Positions 49,256 to 57,318 of a stretch of 64,000 bases of DNA are shown here, in pieces. Origin of the DNA: Thermoplasmatota archaeon. GTDB taxonomy: Archaea; Thermoplasmatota; Thermoplasmata; Thermoplasmatales; ARK-15. Position 1 is the first letter of the stretch, and the number at the start of each line of letters is the position of its first letter. The notes under the pieces are model-generated. The model worked only from the letters and a program-made list of their open reading frames with translations, had not been told where the DNA came from and did no database searches. Position numbers and translations under genes: made by a program. The stretch lies in NCBI GenBank assembly GCA_031961865.1, contig JAVRLB010000001.1:11719-75718 (forward strand). Reading direction: 5' to 3'.

Positions 49256-50617
49256 ATGGTTTTTAATCCCAAATTTATAAAAAAAGAGGAGATTGAAAAG
49301 TTATTAACTGAAGTTACACAGGAAGAATTTTATAATGCGAGGGCAAAATCACTTACACCTTTGAAAGATACTATTTTATTAAAAGGAGAAGGTCCTTACG
49401 TAACTGATATAAATGGCAATAAATATCTAGATATGACAGCTCAAGCATGGACATTGAATTCAGGGTATTTAAATGAGGATATAATGTACAGTGTTTATTC
49501 ACAGATGCACTATCTTACCCATGTAAGATATGGGTACCCAACCATACCAAGAATAAAACTGATAAATACTTTAACAGAGCTTTTTGGATTTGAGAAAGTA
49601 GCTTTCAACAATGAAGGCGGTGGTTTAGCAATAGAAGCAGCAATGAAACTCGCGATGGTAAACAGGCCAGGCAAAAAAGTTTTTATTATGAGTTATAGAG
49701 GATACCATGGCTCTACATTGGCGACCATACCTGCCGGAAACCCTCTGCCATCAGCAATAAGATTTGACGGATTTGGTGCTGAGCATTTTAAAAAGATACC
49801 TTATCCATATTGTTATAGATGCCCTTTTAACAAACAATTTGGAGAATGCGAGTTTGAATGCTTGACTTCTTTAGAAAATTTATTGATGTATGATAACAAT
49901 AATGATATTGCGGCCCTGATCATAGAACCTATGCAAGGGCCTGGTGGCCAAATACCTTCACCTCCAGGATATTTAGAGAGACTGAAAAAGATAGTTCATG
50001 AAAATGATCTACTTTTAGTATTTGATGAATCTCAAACAACTTTCGGGAGAATAGGTAGATGGTCAGCTTCAGAATACTATAATGTAAAGCCAGATATAAT
50101 GACCACTACAAAGGCTTTAGGTGGGGGTTTTCCGCTTGGTGCAATTCTTGCAACAAAAGATTTGAGCGGTTTTACGGAAGGAGAAGAACATACCACATTC
50201 GGGAGTGATCCGGTGTTATTTGCCGCATCTCTAGCAAGCATAGAAGTAACCAAGAGAATGAAGCTCTTAGAAAATTCGGAAAAGGTTGGAGGATATATTT
50301 TGAAGAGACTTAATGAAATGAAAGAAAATCATAAGCTTATTGGGGATGTTAGAGGTGTAGGATTATTTATTGGTATTGAATTGGTAAAGGATAAAAAAAC
50401 AAAGATTCCTGCCACTGAAGAGACCGAGCTTATTATACATTACGCGTATGAGAAAAAAGTGATATTTGACTTTTCAATGCCACAAATTAGCAGGAACGAA
50501 TTTTCATTCAGGAACGTACTGAAAATTAAGCCTCCGCTGATAATCACTGAAGAAGAAGCAGATCACGCTTTGAATGTTTTTGAAGATAGCCTGACAAGAG
50601 TGGAGCGGGAGGAATAA
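49256..50617 (+). CDS. class-III (omega) PLP-dependent aminotransferase
   Basis: FNNEGGGLAIEAAMKLA, LVFDESQTTFGRIGRW, PLP-lysine context TTTKALGGGFPLGA. 453 aa. Confidence 0.9.
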   Translation: MVFNPKFIKKEEIEKLLTEVTQEEFYNARAKSLTPLKDTILLKGEGPYVTDINGNKYLDMTAQAWTLNSGYLNEDIMYSVYSQMHYLTHVRYGYPTIPRIKLINTLTELFGFEKVAFNNEGGGLAIEAAMKLAMVNRPGKKVFIMSYRGYHGSTLATIPAGNPLPSAIRFDGFGAEHFKKIPYPYCYRCPFNKQFGECEFECLTSLENLLMYDNNNDIAALIIEPMQGPGGQIPSPPGYLERLKKIVHENDLLLVFDESQTTFGRIGRWSASEYYNVKPDIMTTTKALGGGFPLGAILATKDLSGFTEGEEHTTFGSDPVLFAASLASIEVTKRMKLLENSEKVGGYILKRLNEMKENHKLIGDVRGVGLFIGIELVKDKKTKIPATEETELIIHYAYEKKVIFDFSMPQISRNEFSFRNVLKIKPPLIITEEEADHALNVFEDSLTRVEREE

Positions 50618-50621
50618 AACA

Positions 50622-52121
50622 ATGACTGAAGATCAGATTTTAGTCTTTGATATAGGCACAAGCAAGATCAAAGCAGGCGTTTATAATGAGCAAGGGATAA
50701 AAATTGCAGAGTCAGCAACGGAAATGGATATAAATTATCCTGCCGAAGGATGGGCTGAACAAGATCCAGAAAAATGGATGCATAATATAATAGAATTGTC
50801 AAAAGAGATTTTGAAGAAGATGGAGCAAGTAAACATAAAAGGTATTGGAGTTACTGGGCAGTTGATGGGACTAGTGCCTGTGAATATGGACATGAAACAT
50901 TTAAGAAATGCAATAATCTGGTTAGATTCAAGGGCAGAGCAGGAAGCAGAAGAGATACTATCCAGCATTTCAGTTATGGATTTTCTTGAGATGACTGGAG
51001 GAATACCAACCGGAAAAGATGTGATAGCCAAAATTTTATGGTTAAAAAACCATGAGCCTCAAATTTTTGATAAAACCAGGTATTTCTTAGATGTGAAAGA
51101 TTATATACTTTATAGATTGACCAACAATATAGTAACGGATATCAGCACTGCAGCTGTGAGGGGGCTGATAGATGTAAGGATTAAAAACTGGTCAGAAACG
51201 CTATGTAACATAATTGGTACAACACCAGATAAACTGCCAGTTATTACCGAAACTAAGAGTGTTATAGGCAATTTGAAAAATGAGAAGCTGTTGAATCTTG
51301 GGATTAGCAAAGAGGTAGAAGTTATAAATGGAGCAGGTGACGCGTTTGTTACACCATTTGGCGCAGGTGCAGTAAGAGATGGAAAAGCACATTATTACCT
51401 TGGTACTTCGAGCTGGGTCAGCACACATGTTTCAGATTCTCTAATGAATGAGGATAGAGGAATTGGAAGTGTTTATTCTGCAATTCCAGGAAAATGGCTT
51501 TTAATCTCAGAATCGGAAAGTGCAGGATCTTGTCTCGACTGGTTTATGTCAAATATATATAAAGCAAAAGATGACAAAGCTTACAGGGAAGTTAATGAGA
51601 GAGTATTAAAATCTAAACCGGGATCAAAAAACCTTATTTTCCTGCCATGGTTATATGGAGAGCGATCGCCAGTTCTGGATGTATATGCACGGGGAGGGTT
51701 TGTAAATCTGAGCTTGGACCATAATATAAACGATCTTTCTAGGTCTGTGATGGAAGGTGTTGCAATGAATGCAAGGTGGATGGTTGATGGAATCTCTGAA
51801 ACAGGCATTAATTTTCCATCCATAAATGTGGTAGGTGGGGGAGCGAAGAGTGAAGTATGGATGCAAATTCTATCAGATGTATTAAAGATTGAAGTGAATA
51901 GGGTAGCAGATCCTCAAAATGTCACTCTTAGGGGAAGCGCAATGCTAACATTGCTAGGATTAAATTACTTTAAAAATGTTGAAGAAAGTGAGAGCATAAT
52001 AAAGATTGATACAACATTTGTTCCAAATCCGGATAATGCAAATGTATATGATAAGCTGTATGAAAACTATAAGAAAATATATTCTTCATTAAAGGAAATA
52101 TTTGAGAATCTGAATAGTTAG
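50622..52121 (+). CDS. FGGY-family carbohydrate kinase (xylulokinase/gluconokinase-like)
   Basis: ILVFDIGTSKIKAGVY, GWAEQDPEKW, IIWLDSRA, VVGGGAKSEVWMQILSDV. GGAGG SD upstream, 4 nt after the aminotransferase stop. Confidence 0.9.
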   Translation: MTEDQILVFDIGTSKIKAGVYNEQGIKIAESATEMDINYPAEGWAEQDPEKWMHNIIELSKEILKKMEQVNIKGIGVTGQLMGLVPVNMDMKHLRNAIIWLDSRAEQEAEEILSSISVMDFLEMTGGIPTGKDVIAKILWLKNHEPQIFDKTRYFLDVKDYILYRLTNNIVTDISTAAVRGLIDVRIKNWSETLCNIIGTTPDKLPVITETKSVIGNLKNEKLLNLGISKEVEVINGAGDAFVTPFGAGAVRDGKAHYYLGTSSWVSTHVSDSLMNEDRGIGSVYSAIPGKWLLISESESAGSCLDWFMSNIYKAKDDKAYREVNERVLKSKPGSKNLIFLPWLYGERSPVLDVYARGGFVNLSLDHNINDLSRSVMEGVAMNARWMVDGISETGINFPSINVVGGGAKSEVWMQILSDVLKIEVNRVADPQNVTLRGSAMLTLLGLNYFKNVEESESIIKIDTTFVPNPDNANVYDKLYENYKKIYSSLKEIFENLNS

Positions 52122-52136
52122 AGGTTGGTGATTTAG

Positions 52137-53492
52137 ATGAATAAAGAGTATTTGAAAAAATTGTATGGTGAAGAGAATTTAGTTGAAAAATTATCCGATC
52201 CCGAATCTTTGCCTGAAGGCATAGATAAAGAAGATTATGTGATAGGGACATATCTATTAAAAACAAAGAGAGCATGGAAAATAAGAGAGCTTTCAAAAGC
52301 GCTGGCAATAGAACAATCAACAGGAACATGGCTGCCGGTACCGGGTGAAACTCCAGAAGTGAGAATGCAGTCTGTCGCAAAGGTAATAGGAATCTATGAA
52401 TTACCAGATTATGAAACTGAAGTTCCAGAGGATGTTAAAGAAAGAACCTATGTTGTAAGAATAGCATTTCCATTCATAAATTTTGGCATGCAGATACCCA
52501 TGATGCTTTCTACAGTTGTGGGAAATATATCTCTTGCAGGGCAGATAAAAGTTCTGGACATAGAATTTCCAGAAAGTTTTGTAAAAGGCTTCAAAGGCCC
52601 AAAGTTCGGCATTGAGGGCATAAGAAAGCTTTTAAATGTGAAAGAAAGGCCTTTGTTATTAAACATGATCAAACCCTGCACTGGTTTTCCTCCGGATGTT
52701 GGTGCCAAATATTTCTATGAAGCAGCAAAAGGAGGTGTAGATATCATAAAGGATGATGAGTTGCTCGCAAACGCATCATTTAACAAGTTGGAAGATCGTA
52801 TTGTTAAATATATGGAAGCAGCTGACAGAGCCAGTTCTGAAAAAGGCGAGAAAACTCTCTACACAATTAACATAACAGATACATACCCGAAAATCATTGA
52901 AAATGCTGAAAAAGTGATTGAGCTCGGAGCTAACGCATTGATGGTAAATGTTTATACTGCTGGGTTTCCTGCCTTACAAGCACTGGCAGAGGATAGCAGC
53001 ATCAAAGTACCAGTATTAGCGCACATGGACTTTGCAGGAACTATGTATCAATCACCAGTGTATGGTGTTACTTCCCCTATAATTTTAGGGAAGTTACCGA
53101 GATTGGCTGGTGCGGACATGATGATCTTCCCTGCACCATATGGGAAGGCATTTTATCTTAAAGAAAAAGCCATAAGAACAGGAAGAGCAATGACTGACAT
53201 ATTCTATAATCTAAAGCCTACATTTCCTGCGCCAAGCGGTGGAATTGCACATCCAATGGTACCTGACATAATAAAAGATTTTGGGAAAGATGTGATCATA
53301 GCAGCTGGAGGAGCTATACATGGGCATTCTAACGGGCCGGCTGCTGGAGCCAGAGCTTTCAGAGCCATAATAGATGCAATAGTAAGTGGGAATACCCTTG
53401 ACAGTGTAGCGGAAGAAAATGCAGAAGTGGCAATGGCAATAGAAGACATGTTAAAGTCTATAAAAGAACTGAGAAAAATAGTAGGTGAATAA
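52137..53492 (+). CDS. RuBisCO large-subunit-like protein (form IV-like RLP)
   Basis: EQSTGTW, VVGNIS, RPLLLNMIKPCTG, GGVDIIKDDE, VLAHMD, PSGG and AGGAIHGH align to the RuBisCO large-chain motifs. K177, R295 and H327 equivalents are substituted. Confidence 0.85.
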   Translation: MNKEYLKKLYGEENLVEKLSDPESLPEGIDKEDYVIGTYLLKTKRAWKIRELSKALAIEQSTGTWLPVPGETPEVRMQSVAKVIGIYELPDYETEVPEDVKERTYVVRIAFPFINFGMQIPMMLSTVVGNISLAGQIKVLDIEFPESFVKGFKGPKFGIEGIRKLLNVKERPLLLNMIKPCTGFPPDVGAKYFYEAAKGGVDIIKDDELLANASFNKLEDRIVKYMEAADRASSEKGEKTLYTINITDTYPKIIENAEKVIELGANALMVNVYTAGFPALQALAEDSSIKVPVLAHMDFAGTMYQSPVYGVTSPIILGKLPRLAGADMMIFPAPYGKAFYLKEKAIRTGRAMTDIFYNLKPTFPAPSGGIAHPMVPDIIKDFGKDVIIAAGGAIHGHSNGPAAGARAFRAIIDAIVSGNTLDSVAEENAEVAMAIEDMLKSIKELRKIVGE

Positions 53493-53510
53493 TAAAAAGA
53501 GGTGAAAAAA

Positions 53511-53876
53511 ATGGTAAGTGTACCATCGTTTTTATTAAAAAAGTTGTATGTAAAAAATAGCCTGAAAAATACAGAAAATGGATTTCAGTTTGAGCTGAAA
53601 AATGTGCTTGCAGAAGCAACAATAATATCCGGGATAAAAATCTATCTGAATGACAAACCTATAGACCAGAAAAACATCTCTTTATCTGTTAGAGATAGCT
53701 CTATAAAATCAGAGGATATTAATATAGGCAATTCGATAAAATTCTCTGTAGGAAATTCTGTTATAGTGAAGGTTACAGATAAACCATTAACACCATCACA
53801 GTACAAGATAGATATAAAGACTGAATCCAAAGAATTTGGAGAAATTGCTTTCTCTGTCCAAGATTCTGTCGCATGA
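53511..53876 (+). CDS. 121-aa protein of unknown function, operon-internal
   Basis: GAGGTGA SD 7 nt upstream of ATG 53511. The stop overlaps the MFS start (ATGA). Predicted all-beta, with no motif recognised. Confidence 0.55.
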   Translation: MVSVPSFLLKKLYVKNSLKNTENGFQFELKNVLAEATIISGIKIYLNDKPIDQKNISLSVRDSSIKSEDINIGNSIKFSVGNSVIVKVTDKPLTPSQYKIDIKTESKEFGEIAFSVQDSVA

Positions 53877-55048
53877 AAACTAAATTTTCAGTTACTTTTA
53901 TTTTTTTCTCGTACCTTTTATTAGTTGCATTAAACCAATTTTTATGGATCAATTTTGTGACATTGAGCAACAATGTGGCATCTGCATATCAGGTGTCGGT
54001 ATTCGATGTGGGGTTACTGGCAATAGTTTTTCCGATTGTATATGTTATTGTTTCGATACCATCAGGTATTATAATAGATAAAAAAGGCTATAAGTTTAGC
54101 CTGTTAGTCGGTGCATTGTTCATGACCATTTTTTCAGTCGTCAGAATTGCACAAAGCACCTATTTATTTCTGTTAGTTGGGCAAATTGGAATTGCCATTG
54201 CACAACCGTTTTTTAATAACAGTGTCTCTAAACTTGCAACTTCTGAGTATTCTCCAGAAAAAGCGCCTATTATTATAGGGTTAGGATCGCTAGCAATATT
54301 TGTTGGTGTAGCTCTCGGAATGATTTTACCACCAGTAATGATCATGTATATGAGCATACAAAAAATTGTATACGCCACGACAATAGTATCTGTAATAATA
54401 TTTTTCATATTCTTAATATCTTTGATAATGATAGGCAAAACAAAGGAGATAAAGAGCGAGACAAAACTCAATTTTTTAAAGATAGTGAAAATAAGACAAA
54501 TATTAATTTTTGCAATAATAGCATTTGTGGGAATGGGAATTTTTAATGGTATGCTGACCTGGATACAGCCTATTCTTACACATTTCAATTTCAGTGATAT
54601 ACAGATAGGAATTATCGGGCTTGCTATAGTAGTTGCAGGAGTTTTCGGGAGCGTCATAATACCCGGAATGGTCACTAAATTCCACAAAAGAAAGATTTTC
54701 ATCTATCTTGCATTTGCAGTTTCTACCCCCATTTTATTGATATTCGTATTTGTATCTAATTTTTATTTGCTGGTTACCATAAGCGCATTGCTCGGGTTCT
54801 TTATGCTAGGTGCATTTCCACTTTTGATTGACTGGGGGACTCTCTTATCAGGGGCTCAACTAGCAGGATCTACCACTTCACTGATTTGGTTATTGGGGCA
54901 GATTGGCGGATTTGTGATACCTATAGTAATGGGATCTGTCGGGCCGCTTTCTCCCAACAATGACTACTTTTATGCCCTATTATTCGATGGGGTAATGTTT
55001 ATAATACTATTCCCGCTGATAGTAAAGTTAAAAGAAACAGATAGCTAG
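53873..55048 (+). CDS. MFS transporter
   Basis: 391 aa, about 12 TM segments. Translationally coupled to the preceding ORF. Confidence 0.8.
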   Translation: MKTKFSVTFIFFSYLLLVALNQFLWINFVTLSNNVASAYQVSVFDVGLLAIVFPIVYVIVSIPSGIIIDKKGYKFSLLVGALFMTIFSVVRIAQSTYLFLLVGQIGIAIAQPFFNNSVSKLATSEYSPEKAPIIIGLGSLAIFVGVALGMILPPVMIMYMSIQKIVYATTIVSVIIFFIFLISLIMIGKTKEIKSETKLNFLKIVKIRQILIFAIIAFVGMGIFNGMLTWIQPILTHFNFSDIQIGIIGLAIVVAGVFGSVIIPGMVTKFHKRKIFIYLAFAVSTPILLIFVFVSNFYLLVTISALLGFFMLGAFPLLIDWGTLLSGAQLAGSTTSLIWLLGQIGGFVIPIVMGSVGPLSPNNDYFYALLFDGVMFIILFPLIVKLKETDS

Positions 55049-55824
55049 AGAATGATCTCCAAATCACCTGTCTTATGATCCCAATAATACTTGAATAAAC
55101 TGTTTATCCAATTTATCTCATTTTCTCTTTCTGCATAAAATGTGGTACTATAATCTATATCTCCATTTGAGAAAGGTATGTTGAATTCTCCACTGTTTTC
55201 GTCTACTAATATTGCCATCTCAACAGTATCAACAAATCTAACTCTGATCTTTCCACTTTTTTTATATTCAATGCTTTCCAAAACATCAAAAAACTCTTTT
55301 TTTGCATTTTTCTGAAGCAATAATCTAATCTCAACACCATGATCTATCATTTTTTTGATGGGCTCTATAAATGAGGTAAAAATTTCTTTGGTCATAATAT
55401 GCTCATACGTATGTGTTTTTCCAAATCTCTCTACTGTTAAATTAAATCCTTCAATGGTTCCTTCTACAATCTTGATGTTCTTTAGCTCTCCAATTGAAGC
55501 CTGAAATTGTATAGGTATAAAATTTAGATCATGATTTTCGAGAATGTAACTATAATTTTCCAAAAATAAAAAGTTTTGAAGTTGCGTCATAATGATCTTT
55601 CCACTGGTAGTAAGTGAATACTCATTTTTATTGCCTTTATAAATGATACCGGCAGAAATTAATCTTTTTAAATTTCTATAAATTTCTGGTTTCGGTATAC
55701 TCATGAACTTTGAAAAACCTTTTAAATTTTGATTATGGTAACTCAATATATTCAAAATCTTCAATCTATGCTCATTAGAAAGTTCAAATAAAAGTTCTGA
55801 TAAATCTATCTTGTTTTTATCCAT
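55045..55824 (-). CDS. ArsR-type wHTH regulator with a DUF1724-like (FilR1-type) C-terminal domain
   Basis: N-terminal LLFELSNEHRLKILNIL...IYRNLKRLISAGIIY, followed by ENHDLNFIPIQFQASIGELKNIKIV, as in DUF1724 regulators. Confidence 0.7.
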   Translation of the reverse strand: MDKNKIDLSELLFELSNEHRLKILNILSYHNQNLKGFSKFMSIPKPEIYRNLKRLISAGIIYKGNKNEYSLTTSGKIIMTQLQNFLFLENYSYILENHDLNFIPIQFQASIGELKNIKIVEGTIEGFNLTVERFGKTHTYEHIMTKEIFTSFIEPIKKMIDHGVEIRLLLQKNAKKEFFDVLESIEYKKSGKIRVRFVDTVEMAILVDENSGEFNIPFSNGDIDYSTTFYAERENEINWINSLFKYYWDHKTGDLEIIL

Positions 55825-55910
55825 ACTTATTTTATATTCATTACCATTCTGCTATATAAATATTTTTAAAACCATCCTATTTTCAAAAATTTATTCATTT
55901 TTAATAACTG

Positions 55911-57068
55911 TTATTGATGCGATTTATATTCCTCTTTTATCTTATCTAATAATGATGGCTGATTAAATATCTCCAGTATTGTATCTATTGAAACATCAAT
56001 TCCTTTTAAAAGGTTCTCTCCAGCTCTGTCTGGATTTACAGCCTCTCTGAAATCATCAGAATGCCCCGCTATGTTCTTAAATCCTACCTCAATATCTATA
56101 TGCCCCGTAGGAACTACATTGCTTACATTTGCTTCATCTGAACTTCCTGAAGCTAGACTCATATCTAAATCAAGATTTTCCGGTATTATATTCATTTTTT
56201 TGAGAGAGTTCTCAAGCAGTTTATTTATTACACGGTTCGTTTTATAATCTTCATAAAGAGGGGTAATTTCTTTGATATTAACTTCTACTCCATAGGCTTT
56301 ACCAATGTTCATAATCACATTTTCTACTTTATCCTCTAACACTCTAAGAAATGCACTAACACTGGATCTCAGATCTATTTCCATTACCGCTCTGTCAGGA
56401 ACGATGTTTGTTGCTTTACCTCCTTCCTTAAAAATCATGCCGATCACTGCATGTTTATCAATTTTTATCCAGCTTCTGAGATTATTAATGCCTATATAAC
56501 TCATTACCGCTGCATCAAGGGCATTTGCACCCTCTTGTGGAGAATCTGCCATATGTGCTGTTTTACCCTTAAATAATACCTCTAAAGTAATGTCTGCTAA
56601 TGTTTTTGAACCCACTCTCCATCGATCATCCGGATGCATACCGATCACAAAATCAATATCTCTAAATGCACCGTTTTTAACCATTATGGCTTTACTGCCT
56701 GCATATTTTCCCCTTCCCTCTTCTGCAGGTGTGCCAAACACTACTATTTTTCCTTTTTTAATTATATTGCTTAAGCGTATTGCAGTACCGTAAGCCCAAG
56801 CAGATATTAGATTATGACCACAAGAATGACCATTTGGAAGTGCATCGTATTCTGCTAAAAGGCCTACAACGGGAGCTCCTGCACCAAATTCTGCTCTAAA
56901 TGCAGTTTCCATACCAAGATAAGGATACTGAACATCAAAGCCATGTTTTCTAAAAGAATCTACCAGCAATTTAGATGATTTGAATTCTTCACTTCCTAGC
57001 TCTGCAAATTCATAAATTTTTTTAGAAATGCCCAAAATTTCATTCTTGAACATATCCTCATATTCCAT
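55911..57068 (-). CDS. M20-family amidohydrolase (M20D/AbgB-like)
   Basis: EYDALPNGHSCGHNLI, GTPAEEG, GMHP motifs. 385 aa. Confidence 0.85.
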   Translation of the reverse strand: MEYEDMFKNEILGISKKIYEFAELGSEEFKSSKLLVDSFRKHGFDVQYPYLGMETAFRAEFGAGAPVVGLLAEYDALPNGHSCGHNLISAWAYGTAIRLSNIIKKGKIVVFGTPAEEGRGKYAGSKAIMVKNGAFRDIDFVIGMHPDDRWRVGSKTLADITLEVLFKGKTAHMADSPQEGANALDAAVMSYIGINNLRSWIKIDKHAVIGMIFKEGGKATNIVPDRAVMEIDLRSSVSAFLRVLEDKVENVIMNIGKAYGVEVNIKEITPLYEDYKTNRVINKLLENSLKKMNIIPENLDLDMSLASGSSDEANVSNVVPTGHIDIEVGFKNIAGHSDDFREAVNPDRAGENLLKGIDVSIDTILEIFNQPSLLDKIKEEYKSHQ

Positions 57069-57318
57069 AGAGTATCATTAGCCTAAGTAATATTTAATAT
57101 TTGTTAATCTCTCTGATTTGTTGAATAAAGCTTACTTTATCATAGAATAGGCTCTGAATTTTTTGAGTGTTAAAGCAAACGAGTTCTATTTGCTTTTTTT
57201 AATGTTCTGACAAATATGCTTTGTTTATTTATCAGAACCCACCTATATACAGGAAATTATTTCTGGAAACTACATATCACAAAAATTATATACAGTTTTT
57301 AGTATTACTTCTAATGAG

